From Lytechinus pictus (Eukaryota): a stretch of DNA of 64,000 nt. The DNA lies in NCBI RefSeq assembly GCF_037042905.1, contig NC_087251.1, positions 46,192,001-46,256,000 on the forward strand, read 5' to 3'. Both the position numbers and the translations under genes were made by a program. Each line of letters begins with the position of its first letter. The stretch's first letter is position 1. The notes under the pieces were generated by a model. It was given only the letters and a program-made list of their open reading frames with translations. It did not search any database and was not told the origin of the DNA. Below are positions 39,236-51,014 of this stretch, one piece after another.

Positions 39236-41172
39236 TTAAACCGTACTCCGGGCTGAAAAGAATATGATTTGAACAAAGTAAGAAAATTCAAACAACAAAA
39301 CACTGAAAAGGTGATCAAAATCGGACAAGGAATAAGAAAGTTATGGCAGTTTAAAGATTTATATTATTCCTGTGAAACAGTTCTTGTCATGTCTTCATGA
39401 ATATTCAATGAGCAAACTGATGATGTCATATCCCCACTTGTTTTTTGTATTTTATTATATAAATTCAAATTGCTTCCTTCAAGAACAAAAAAAAATATTG
39501 GAATAACAACCGATTAAGTGATTTAGATATTCATTGCTGCAACTTATTTCATACAAGGGAGACATATCGGGTTACATTCGTAATTCCGAAGGTTCTTTAT
39601 TCCAAAGGTTCGAAAATTCCGAAGGTCCGAAAACGAAATAAGGCTCGTTAATCCGAAGGTTCGTTAGTCCCAACAATAAAAAAGGTTCATAATCCGAAGG
39701 TTCGTTAATCCGAAAACGAAATAAGGTTCTTCAATCCGAGGGTTCGTTAGTCCGAATATGAAATTAGGTTCGTTTTTCCGAAAATGAAATTAATTCATTT
39801 CAAGGTGGTCAAAGCATGTATTGCATCAAGAATTGGCGGGTGGATCAAGCATCTTAATTTTGATTTTCTCTGAGCAATTGCTGCCAGTGCGAATGGATTA
39901 AGAATGTTGGGGACTGTGTGATAGTCACATGTGAATAGATAATGGGATTTTTTTATTTTAGGGGGAAGGGGTGTCATTTTTAACAGTTTCTGCTTAATAC
40001 CAGTGTTCAGGTTGGAATAAATTTTCAGCTCGCGCTTCGTGCTCGCATTATTCGATTGGTTAAATATGTATCCTATTAATGAGTCGTCCTTACCAGGTTC
40101 CGTTTCTGGTCAGTATATATATTTTTTAAATTCAGCTCGCGCTTCGCGCTCGCGGTAATTGTTTATTTAGATACACATCTTTCATGATTGCTTGGAATGT
40201 TTAATTTTCATTTCTTATTGAAATGTCCAAAAGTTTGAGCTTGCGATTAGCGCTAGCAACATCTCGCGAGGATCATGCCATTTTAACAGTATGGCCTACT
40301 TAGCCCCATAATTGACCAAAGGCAAACGCGAGTTTTAGAACTTCAGATTTGAAAATTTTTCAAAACCGCGTAAAAAAAGCCTAAATAAATATCTTATAAT
40401 AATAATCAGAAATTACAAAAGGCTTTGCTCAACTTAAATTACTTCAAAACACACGATGACTTCATGCAGATGATAATCTCATAGTGAAAATATCACCAAA
40501 ATGCCCATTTTGACATAAAAGTGGGCTTTGCCCCCAAACGAAAATACGTTTCGCCGCCCCATGCCTACCCATCCTCATAGCATTTAAGCAGCAACGGTGT
40601 TTTTACCCCTCCACCAATGTTTCCCTCCGGTTTTCCCGGCATCGCTACAGATTTATTTCATTTTTCGGATTAACGAACCTTATTTCTTTTTCGGATTAAC
40701 GAACCTTCGGAATAACGAACCCTATTTTGTTTTCGGATTACGAACCTTCGGAAAAACGCCACAAACTTGTGGCGTTTTTCCGAAGGTTCGTTAATCCGAA
40801 AACATTGAATGTTCTGATTAACGAAAATCGAGGTATATAGGCAATTTACGTGTTTCGGAATTACGAACCTTCGGAATTACGAAATGTAACCTACATACAG
40901 TATCATTCATACATGTATGAAAAAATGAAACAATTATGATTTCATATAATAACATAAACGGAAAAGGAAAGTGGGGATGTGACATCATTAGTCCATCTAA
41001 TGAACATTCATGACGACGTGCATAAAAAAAATAATATTGCTAAACTTTAAGATTCAATAACTTCGCTATTTGTTATCAGATTTTTATGAAAGTTGCAGCA
41101 TTTCGCTCTCTGAATTTTACTCTACTTATTTTTATATAAATATCTCCATTCGGCGTGCAGAATTTTTTTAAA
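39236..41172. mobile_element. Diverged Kolobok-like MITE split by a nested insertion
   Basis: 39290-39568 (CACTGAAAA..AATAAGAAAGTTATG..CTGATGATGTCAT) and 40900-41130 resemble the two arms of 49907-50505. Confidence 0.6.
39570..40891. mobile_element. Foldback-like element with repetitive inverted arms
   Basis: Termini GGTTACATTCGTAATTCCGAAGGTTC / GAACCTTCGGAATTACGAAATGTAACC. The arms are built of CCGAAGGTTCGTTAAT / CGAAATAAGGTTCG repeats (39570-39790; 40660-40891). Confidence 0.85.
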
Positions 41173-41463
41173 ACAAAATTTGATTGACAGTCTTTTGCAA
41201 TAAGCTGTGTGATTATTATTATTTTGATCTCTTTCCCACACTGTCCGTAAAGTCGTTAACTGTGCAGTTTTTGTTCATTAATTTATTCTTGTTGGAAATC
41301 GAAATGTTATGTGCTCGTAATTAAATTGTGATTTATCTAAAAAAAAACACAAGAGCACACATTATTACCAAAAATGCTTATTGTATTTCCATTAATTCTC
41401 AACCCCTCACGCACCGCGCCAGTCTCCAACTCTGATGACCAAACCACAGAAATAGTACCGGAT

Positions 41464-41500
41464 CATAGAGATGTATATTAGTATACCGTACATCTCTATG
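41464..41500. mobile_element. 37-bp hAT-like mini-element with an 8-bp TSD
   Basis: TIR CATAGAGATGTA / TACATCTCTATG. TACCGGAT at 41456-41463 and 41501-41508. Confidence 0.85.
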
Positions 41501-41509
41501 TACCGGATC

Positions 41510-41641
41510 GACTCTCGATCTCGCTCTCAATTTTGATTTGCTGCCCTCTTTTGGTAGAATAGTGCAAAATTATAAGCGCGATATTGAAAATCGTAAGTGC
41601 AAAGTGTGGATAAAATGTTCCGTATCTGCGTCTACCTTTAC
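41510..41641 (+). promoter_or_regulatory. Putative sororin promoter and short non-coding first exon
   Basis: CpG-enriched patch with GTAAGT donors at 41593 and 41642, and a polypyrimidine/TTTACAG acceptor ending at 41755 before the ATG-containing exon. The transcription start is not determinable. Confidence 0.5.
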
Positions 41642-41955
41642 GTAAGTACCTGAATTATACATGGTTTACTGCCTTTAACAATTTCTTCGGTTTTGTCATG
41701 AAAATATCTTCATGGTACTAGTTATTTTGTTTAAACTTTCATTGTTCGTTTACAGTCTTGTTGAGCCGACCAGTGCAGTCACCACGGCACGGAAGCGAAA
41801 GGCACTGCAGCCACCGGGGCCAACGGCTAACTCAACTGCCACGGATATCTTGCCAAGACTTAACGGGACTCTGGCCTCTGCCTGCCCGGGCTGCGCTCGA
41901 CCGACTTGGGAGTCAAAACGATAGACTTGAGCTGAAACTGAGCGAGGCACAGACA

Positions 41956-42013
41956 ATGCCTGCCAAACGACGACAGAGGGCAAAGGTGCGGGGGAAGGTC
42001 ACCCGTTCCAAAG
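41956..42013 (+). CDS. CDCA5: Sororin coding exon 1 (MPAKRRQRAKVRGKVTRSK)
   Basis: ACAATGC start context, basic N-terminus, donor AAG|GTAGGC in phase 1, compatible with the next exon. Confidence 0.7.
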
Positions 42014-42428
42014 GTAGGCTTAAAAACATTTGATTTTGAGTTAAAAATGGGAAATTTTGCTGCATAGCCTATGCCAGCAGCCATTGCCTTGGCTTGCTAA
42101 AAATGCTAGATTAGAAATTTAAATAAAGAGTTCGATTCATTCAGATTGAGTCAGAGCTGTGGGGTGTTAGGTCAATTTTACACGATTGTAACACTAAACA
42201 ATAAACATAAAATGAAGGTGGTCCAGATGTCACTCAACCGACGTTCTCGCTACCACGCGTCACGGTGGCATATGCATATGACAGAGAGTCGATGACATCC
42301 ATCTCTCACTAACTTATATCCTATTGCTTTTGTTATTTTGTTTGTATTAAACAATATTTCAATTTTTACAGATTAGACATTAATAAGGACCAACTTTAGT
42401 GAATCATAAAATGTTAAAAGCAATGGTA

Positions 42429-42899
42429 TAGTGAGTGATTGTATTACCGACCGGCCTTGTATTACCGAACGCACGCATCATACGCATCAGAAAATAAATT
42501 CATACGCTCAAAATTTTGCAACATCTTTCCAAAGAGAACTTGAATAGAAATTGATGATAAATGGTCAAAAACACATTTTCAAAGTCTTAATATTCTAACA
42601 ATAATAAAATATGGTCAAAATAGCTCATAAGTGTTTTTATTGTTTTCTCAACTTTCCCATAGAAAAAACACGTTCGGTAATACGATACCTTTTTCAAGTG
42701 ACCAAAATATTTCACGTGCAAAAAGGGGTCCGATTAGAAGCTAATATCGTAAAAAGGAAAAACAATTTCGGCAAAATTTTCACATATTTATATTTTGTAG
42801 GTAATTGTGTATTTATGTTAAAAGTTTGGTGAATTTTATGAGAATAATGTGTTTGATATGATTGAATTCATGAAAAGTGTTCGGTAATACGATCCACTA
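42429..42899. mobile_element. MITE nested in a Kolobok-like copy whose right end CCT|TTAA is at 43190-43196
   Basis: Inverted GTATTACCGA(AC) / (GT)TCGGTAATAC motifs at both ends and internally. The flanks resemble the 49907 family. Confidence 0.6.
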
Positions 42900-43724
42900 C
42901 CATACATGTAATAATACACAGGAATGAATCTTGTTTCACAGGGCATTGAGGGCAATGAGGAGAAAATTAGAATATTTCATATCAATCTAATAAAAGAAAA
43001 ACTAGAAAGTTTGGGTGATGTCATCAGTTCCCCTCATTTGCATATCAACCAGGATGTGCAGATCACTGTTTTGTGAAATGAAAGTTTTAAAATGTCATTT
43101 TAAATAAAATTTTGATGAAAATTTCAGTGTTATGCTTTTTGGATTTTTCTGTTTTTATTCAAATCAACTTTTTGGTGGGGCGGACATTTCCTTTAAACAC
43201 CAATAAAAAAGATAAAGCGCAAGTCCCTAAGAAAATATGTGCATTCCATTGGTTGAAAGTCAAGTTGTGTTTGATCTTATGAGTCTCATTTGATTGCAAC
43301 TAGAATAGTAATTGCAACTCTTTCTACAACGGGCCCCAAATGACTTGTCTTATCTTCTCTTGTAACTTTTGTTGTTATCTTAGGCTTGGCACAACTTGTA
43401 TTATATCAACTCTGTATTCCGAAAATTTTCAGAGTTCAAAGAATGTTATTGTTAGATCATTGCATATATCTTAAATTTGAATACTACAGGTACATGTAGT
43501 AAATCGTTCTCCATCTTTGCTTTGCCTTCACTGCAGTTTCAGATGACCCTGAGCCAAGATACTATAGTATTCAATATAGATCAATGTGTGAAATTTTGAG
43601 CTGGCAAGCTCACATAAAAAAAATCAGTTCATCAAATAATAAAAGCATTGAAATATATACTGGTTATGAAAGGGTGTAGGCTTTGCTTAGATCTATACTT
43701 ATTTCCTTCTTATATCAATTTTAA

Positions 43725-44119
43725 AGAGAAATTCCAGTAGTTGCAGTAAACACTGATTTCATGAGAAAGTCTGTAAAACCAGGCTTAATTGTCAGTATAT
43801 CATCGAGGATCTAGATCTGGTACAGTTACATAAACTGAACTTTGTGAAATCTTGAAATCTACGCTGAAAAATGTTCAGACTGAACTTCCCCAACACAGAT
43901 AAGCGCACGTGGGACAGTGTATAATTATTGCTTTGAGCGTCGGGCCCGACGCTCTACCCAAATCCTGTGCTTATTTGCTGATTTCTCAGCAATTACACAG
44001 TTTCTTCCAGAATCCTTTGGCACATGCGTTTTATTTATACAAACAGACACTTTGGTGGTCATTTCATTGGATTCTGTACGAACTCATTTTGATATCGTTA
44101 CCAAAACTAGCATTTACCT
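43725..44119. mobile_element. TTAA-flanked MITE (Kolobok-like) in a sororin intron
   Basis: TTAA|AGAGAAATTCCAGT .. ACTAGCATTTACCT|TTAA. A diverged second copy lies at ~55634-55945. Confidence 0.8.
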
Positions 44120-44144
44120 TTAATGTACTTTGTTTGCTTTCTAG

Positions 44145-44218
44145 ACTTGTCATCAGAAGACATGGATTCACAGGATCAACTAAATGAGATTACCAACAGA
44201 CTGGCAAAAAAGCAACTG
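44145..44218 (+). CDS. CDCA5: Sororin coding exon 2 (DLSSEDMDSQDQLNEITNRLAKKQL)
   Basis: Acceptor TTTGCTTTCTAG, donor CTG|GTATGT, phase 1 to phase 0, open frame. Confidence 0.72.
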
Positions 44219-45348
44219 GTATGTTAATTTATCAAATAAATATTTTACATGTACTTATTAAGTAAATGTAACATTCTATTTGTATATTTTATTTATCTAT
44301 TTTATTTTTTTAATGTGGTTTAAAAACAAATACATGATTCCGAGAAATTTTCATATTTGTTTGAATTCATCTAATTATGTTAAATTACTCGAATTTTTCG
44401 AGAATACTACTAGGCTACTCAATTATGCACTCCATGAAACCTTTATGTCTGCAATTTTTCCATAACTTTCTACACGATATTCAAATTTTTGCAATTTATT
44501 TCTTAAAACACTATTCTTTATACCAACAAATTCAACTTCAAGTAAAACTCTATAATAGTAAGTTTATACGCATTGGTTTATCATGTCTCCAAAGTTTACT
44601 AGAATATTAATTGGTTATTGGACATTTCTTTCAAAAAATATTTGTTTACTTTCACTGTTGTTGCGGTTATGATTTACATCAAATATTTCACTGTTTATGT
44701 TTATATATTATATTTTTACTTTGTAAATCCTTCTCAATTCAGCCACTGGCTGCGATGAAATGATCATAAAACCTTCAATTAAAAAAAACAAAACTAAACC
44801 AGTTTACCATAATTACTACATGATCGTTTTCATTCATAAAGTATCCCGAAGATTATGAAATTAGGAGTGAAACAATAATGTCAAAGGTAAACTCACAAAA
44901 GAGCCAAATGATAGTGAGTAACAATCTTACTTTCAGATAAATACAACAGTAAGAAAGATTTTGATTTTCTTGAGTCTTCGATTCATTCATGTTGAGCCAG
45001 TAGGCCCAGTATGTGACTATTTTTATGTTACAAGTGTCTGACGGAAAAAAATGAAATATTTTGCCCCAAGGTCAAACGGTTGCTAAGTTATGGCCTCCCT
45101 TAGCAACCAATGTCTGGTCAAACAATAAAGTTTAAATAAAATTAGCTATTTTTGATTGACTGCTGGAGCCAAGTTTGATGACGCAGTGTTCTAATTTTCT
45201 GTAAATTGGAAGAACTTTATAGTCTTAACACACACAATATAACAGTAAGAAAGATTTTGATTTTCTTGAGTCTTCGATTCATTCATGTTGAGCCAGTAGG
45301 CCCAGTATGTGACTATTTTTATGTTACGGTATGTCATTTTTCCAATAG

Positions 45349-45411
45349 AAATCTAGTACAGACACAGAGGTTGAGCACCAGGAACAAAAGGAGAACCATG
45401 GTAAAAGATTG
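45349..45411 (+). CDS. CDCA5: Sororin coding exon 3 (KSSTDTEVEHQEQKENHGKRL) with KEN box
   Basis: Acceptor TTTTTCCAATAG, donor TTG|GTAAGG, 63 nt in phase 0-0. Encodes KEN, the APC/C-Cdh1 degron known in vertebrate sororin. Confidence 0.8.
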
Positions 45412-45795
45412 GTAAGGAACTCAAATTGATTGTATTCTTTGGTGGAAATTATCTACTTAGTGCATTTGAGGAATATTAGATTTTATATGACACCTAGATA
45501 TATCCTTGTCATTTGATTGGTTGTTTGATATCACTCATTCAGCCCATTTTACAATGACATCATCAACCGTGCAATTTTGGATCCATTCATCATGTAATTT
45601 TGGATCAATACGATTTTGTCCATTGCACGCACGCACCGAGACAGCATAGCAGGCACCACAAAACCACTCGTATTTGAAGCGCACATGTTGTATGTACGCG
45701 ATAATCAGCAGACCGAGCTTGCACTTCGTGACCATATTTTGCATCAAAATTCATAAATTTATTATGAAAAGAATTCATTTTTAGGTGTCATATTA

Positions 45796-48700
45796 GGGTC
45801 AATCCACGTCAAATCAACCAATTTTTAGACAATTTGTCACCCGACCCCCTTCGATTTTCTTTAAACTCGCACCAAATGTTCCCCCAAGTGTCTGACGGAA
45901 AAAAATGAAATATTTTGCCCCAAGGTCAAACGGTTGCTAAGTTATGGCCTCCCTTAGCAACCAATGTCTGGTCAAACAATAAAGTTTAAATAAAATTAGC
46001 TATTTTTGATTGACTGCTGGAGCCAAGTTTGATGACGCAGTGTTCTAATTTTCTGTAAATTGGAAGAACTTTATAGTCTTAACACACACAATATAATTAG
46101 ACGTGGATCTGACCAGCCGTTATTGCGCACAAGGTCGCCGAACATGGTGTTAAGCGTCCAAGTCAATGTTTTTGGGTGCATGTTTGGAGGCTCATAACTT
46201 CCAAATTCAATAAGCTTAGAACCCAATATTATGCATATTTGAAGACTATGACTTGCTCAACAGACCTACAAAAAATTGGCCCTACCATGCGTGTCAATTT
46301 CTTGTAGGGCGCCCTCAAAGTTGGATTTTTTCTAAAAGTTGCCAAGTTCAAGGTCACAAATCACCCCTCGTCCCATCCAAGTGCGACCCCAATTTCTGTA
46401 TACTGATAGACATTTACCTATATTTTCATGGGATACTTAACATTTTTTGTGACCGAAATGTTTAATAGCTGGTTTACGCATTCGAAAATGGTCGTAAACA
46501 CCCCAAAATCGATGTAAAACGACACGTACAAGTTTTCAGCACATTTCAAATTAGGATAAATCCAAAATGAAAAGGGAGAAATCACTGGTATTGTCTGTAA
46601 TGGTAGTCTGTAATGAGTACTAAAAGGATATGCATCACAAATAGTTTGTCTTATTTGCAATGCCCTTGAAAAACACAGCTGAAAATCATCAAAAACAATA
46701 AATCGGGTCAATTTTCCGTAATGATAGGGCGTTAAAATGTGTTTACACCCACTTTCACTTGTTGGTCATTTCAATACTAATGGTGACTTTAAGCTGATAA
46801 TTGCAAATCATGTTCCTTTCTGGTTCTATTTTAAGCTCCAAATAATATATAAAGTCATATCTTTATCTTTTGACCTTGACATTGATCTAAAAATAGCTAT
46901 AAATGCCCTAACATTAGCATATTCACAACACGTGAGCTTTACAACACATTTCAAAATTGATTTTCTCACAGACTGAATGCTTGATCATATGGATATTTGC
47001 AGTATTGGTAGTCCATAATGAGTACTTTGAAGATATAGTATAAATTAATTGTTCTTACATGACAATGACCTTGAAAATACAGGTGAAATCCACACAAAAA
47101 TTCAATAATCCGCCGATATCCCATTATTATAGGTTGTTTACACCCACTTTCACTTGTGTGTCATTTCAATACTAATGGTGACTTTAAGCTGATAATTGCA
47201 AATCATGTTCCTTTCTGGTTCTATTTTAGGCTCCAAATAATACATAAAGTCATATCTTTATCTTTTGACCTTGACATTGATCTAAAAATAGCTATAAATG
47301 CCCTAACATTAGCATATTCACAACACGTGAGCTTTACAACACATTTCAAAATTGATTTTCTCACAGACTGAATGCCTGATCGAATGGATATTTGCAGTAT
47401 TGGTAGTCCATAATGAGTACTTTGAAGATATAGTATTAATTAATTGTTCTTACATGACAATGACCTTGAAAATACAGCTGAAATCCACACAAAAATTCAA
47501 TAATCCGCCGATATCCCATTATTATAGGTTGTTTACACCCACTTTCACTTGTGTGTCATTTCAATACTAATGGTGACTTTAAGCTGATAATTGCAAATCG
47601 TGTTCCTTTCTGGTTCTATTTTAGGCTCCAAATAATACATAAAGTCATATCTTTATCTTTTGACCTTGACATTGATCTAAAAATAGCTGTAAATGCCTTA
47701 AAAATTGGCATATTCACAACACCCGTGAGTTTTACAACACATTTCAAAATTGATTTTCTCACAGACTGAATGCCTGATCATATGGATATGTGCAGTATTG
47801 GTAGTCCATAATGAGTACTTTCAAGATATAGTATTAATTAATTGTTCTTACATGACAATGACCTTGAAAATACAGCTGAAATTTATACAAAAAATCAATA
47901 ATCTACCAATATCCCATTATAGGTTGTTTACACCCACTTTCACTTTTGTCTCATTTCAATACTAATTGTGACTTTTAGCTGATAATTGCAAATCATGCTC
48001 CTTTCTTGTTCAATTTTAAGCTACAAATAATACATAAAGTAATATATGTATATTTTGACATTGACATTGATCTAAAAATAGCTGTAAATGCCTTAAAATG
48101 TGAATATGCCCATTTTAAGGCATTTACAGCTATTTTTAGATCAATGTCAAGGTCAGAAGATAAAGATATGACTTTATGTATTATTTGGAGCCTAAAATAG
48201 AACCAGAGAGGAACACGATTTGCAATTATCAGCTTAAAGTCACCATTAGTATTGAAATGACACACAAGTGAAAGTGGGTGTAAACAACCTATAATAATGG
48301 GATATCGGCGGATTATTGAATTTTTGTGTGGATTTCACCTGTATTTTCAAGGTCATTGTCATGTAAGAACAATTAATTAATACTATATCTTCCAAGTACT
48401 CATTATGGACTACCAATACTGCAAATATCCATATGATCAGGCATTTAGTCTGTGAGAAAATCAATTTTGAAATGTGTTGTAAAGCTCACATGTTGTGAAT
48501 ATGCTAATGTTAGGGCATTTATAGCTATTTTTAGATCAATGTCAAGGTCAAAAGATAAAGATATGACTTTATATATTATTTGGAGCTTAAAATAGAACCA
48601 GAAAGGAACATGATTTGCAATTATCAGCTTAAAGTCACCATTAGTATTGAAATGACCAACAAGTGAAAGTGGGTGTAAACACATTTTAACGCCCTATCAT

Positions 48701-49616
48701 TACGGAAAATTGACCCGATTTATTGTTTTTGATGATTTTCAGCTGTGTTTTTCAAGGGCATTGCAAATAAGACAAACTATTTGTGATGCATATCCTTTTA
48801 GTACTCATTACAGACTACCATTACAGACAATACCAGTGATTGCTCCCTTTTCATTTTGGATTTATCCTAATTTGAAATGTGCTGAAAACTTGTATGTGTC
48901 GTTTTACATCGATTTTGGGGTGTTTACGACCATTTTCGAATGCGTAAACCAGCTATTAAACATTTCGGTCACAAAAAATGTTAAGTATCCCATGAAAATA
49001 TAGGTAAATGTCTATCAGTATACAGAAATTGGGGTCGCACTTGGATGGGACGAGGGGTGCTTTGTGACCTTGAACTTGGCAACTTTTAGAAAAAATCAAA
49101 CTTTGAGGGCGCCCTACAAGAAATTGACACGCATGGTAGGGCCAATTTTTTGTAGGTCTGTTGAGCAAGTCATAGTCTTCAAATATGCATAATATTGGGT
49201 TCTAAGCTAATTGAATTTAGAAGTTATGTGCCTCCAAACATGCACCCAAAAACATTGACTTGGACGCTTAACACCATGTTCGGTGACCTTGTGCGCAATA
49301 ATGGCTGGTCAGATCCATGTCAAATTATATTGTGTGTGTTAAGACTAAAAAGTTCTTCCAATTTACAGAAAATTAGAACACTGCGTCATCAAACTTGGCT
49401 CCAGCAGTCAATCAAAAATAGCTAATTTTATTTAAACTTTATTGTTTGGCCAGACATTGGTTGCTAAGGGAGGCCGTAACTTAGCAACCGTTTGACCTTG
49501 GGGCAAAATATTCTAGAATTTTCCGTCAGACACTTGGGGGCACATTTGGTGCGAGTTTAAAGAAAATCGGAGGGGGTCGGGTGACAAGCATCGGTTGATT
49601 TGATATGGATTGACCC
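45796..49616. mobile_element. ~3.8-kb palindromic element (GGGTCAATCC termini, PIF/Harbinger-like) in a sororin intron
   Basis: 45796-~47300 is the near-identical reverse complement of ~48111-49616; the ORF track shows near-identical peptides on opposite strands. Flanks are TTA / ATA. Confidence 0.92.
46738..48685. repeat. ~395-bp tandem unit inside the palindrome: ~3.5 forward and ~1.5 inverted copies
   Basis: TGTTTACACCCACTTTCACTT recurs at ~46740, 47134, 47530 and 47925, and inverted at ~48267 and 48661. Confidence 0.92.
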
Positions 49617-49906
49617 ATAAACCAAATAATGAATGTTCTCTCCATTCATGCAATGGACAGTATAATTCATTTGGTAAAAGATGAAATGGATCATTTCATC
49701 TTTCACCTCATGAAGTATTCTGTCCTTTGCTATCATGAATATTCATTATTTGTATATCAGTAAATGTTGGGAATTTTTTTATGTATACTATACAGTCTTT
49801 GAGTATTCTGAAATCTTTTATTGAATAATATCTGGTAAAATGAAAAGATAGACAAAAATGAGAACTAAAATCTAAAACTAGGAGTATATTGGTAAATAGT
49901 CATTAA

Positions 49907-50505
49907 AGGACAAGTCCACCCCAACAAAAACTTGATTTTAATCAAAAGAGAAAAATTCAACAAGCAAAACACTGAAAATTTCATCGAAATCGGATGTAAA
50001 ATAAGAAAGTTATGACATTTTAAAGTTTTGCTTCATTTCACAAAACAGTTATATGCACATCTCGGTCAGTATGCAAATGAGGAAACAGATGACATCACTC
50101 ACTATTTCTTTTGTATTTTATTATATGAAATATGAAATATTTTGATTTTCTCGTCATTGTCATGTGAAATGAAGTTTCATTCCTCCCTGAACACGTGGAA
50201 TTCCATTATTTTAAAATTTTGTGCTTCAGGCAAGGAGGTCCTAATCATCAAATTCATAAAAATTGAAATATTGTATAATTCAAACAATAAAAAACAAAAG
50301 AAATAGTGAGTGAGTGACATCATCGACTCAATCATTTGGATGTAACTGGCTCGTTCATATAACTATTTTGTTAAAAATAAGCGAAACTTTGAAATGTCAT
50401 AACTTTCTTATTTTACATCCGATTTTGATGAAATTTTCAGCATTGTGCTTGTTGAATTTTTCTCTTTTTATTCAAATCAACATTTTTCTGAGGTGGACTT
50501 GACCT
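49907..50505. mobile_element. Complete TTAA-flanked MITE with long TIRs (Kolobok-like)
   Basis: TTAA|AGGACAAGTCCACC .. GGTGGACTTGACCT|TTAA, with inverted arms of ~200 bp. Confidence 0.9.
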
Positions 50506-50815
50506 TTAATGATAAATAAATTGGCTTTAGAAGTTGCATAGTAAAGTTATCACTTCAAGAATCCAATGTAAACAAGAATTAAAAAGCTAATGAGGCAAAA
50601 GATGTGTGTAGTATGAACACACAGCATATGATATAAACTTGTTTGCAATACAATTGAATTTTCAGTAGGGCATTATTAGTTATTGTTTTGATCATGAAGA
50701 TTGTCGACACGGCCTGTAGCGTGGATACAGATAATGAACTACAACAAGCACAACTTTCTTTTCATATATTTACTATATGACACTCTTCATTCTCAATTTG
50801 AATGTCTTATAGCAG

Positions 50816-51014
50816 GGTGATGGCTATGACGCTGACTTTGAGACCAGCGAGTTCAGCACTGCATCGGCAGGAAGCGATATGGATTATCAAACCCAACCCA
50901 GCAAGCCTACTGATTCCTTCAGAAGTGTTCTCTCACCTAGCCAAGGGTCATCGGGAAAGCGAAAGGGAAACAAACAAGGTAACAGAATTTCAAGAGATCT
51001 TAAGTCAGCCTTCC
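50816..51014 (+). CDS. CDCA5: Sororin coding exon 4 (GDGYDADFETSEFS..VLSPSQG..)
   Basis: TAGCAG tandem acceptor (start 50813 or 50816), open frame, and two phase-1 donors (after 50978 GTAACA; after 51014 GTAAGT). Confidence 0.8.

Noticed and set aside
41758..41955. In-frame 66-codon extension upstream of the sororin ATG
   Set aside because: It has no ATG, and the upstream exon's ATG joins in a different frame that stops at once. Treated as 5'UTR.
43537..43590. Possible extra sororin cassette exon after TTCACTGCAG
   Set aside because: The acceptor is plausible but there is no good donor, and the flanking exons already join in phase.
46253..49425. Duplicated 70-97-aa ORFs on both strands
   Set aside because: By-products of the palindrome and the 395-bp repeats. 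Most use non-ATG starts and show no transposase motif.
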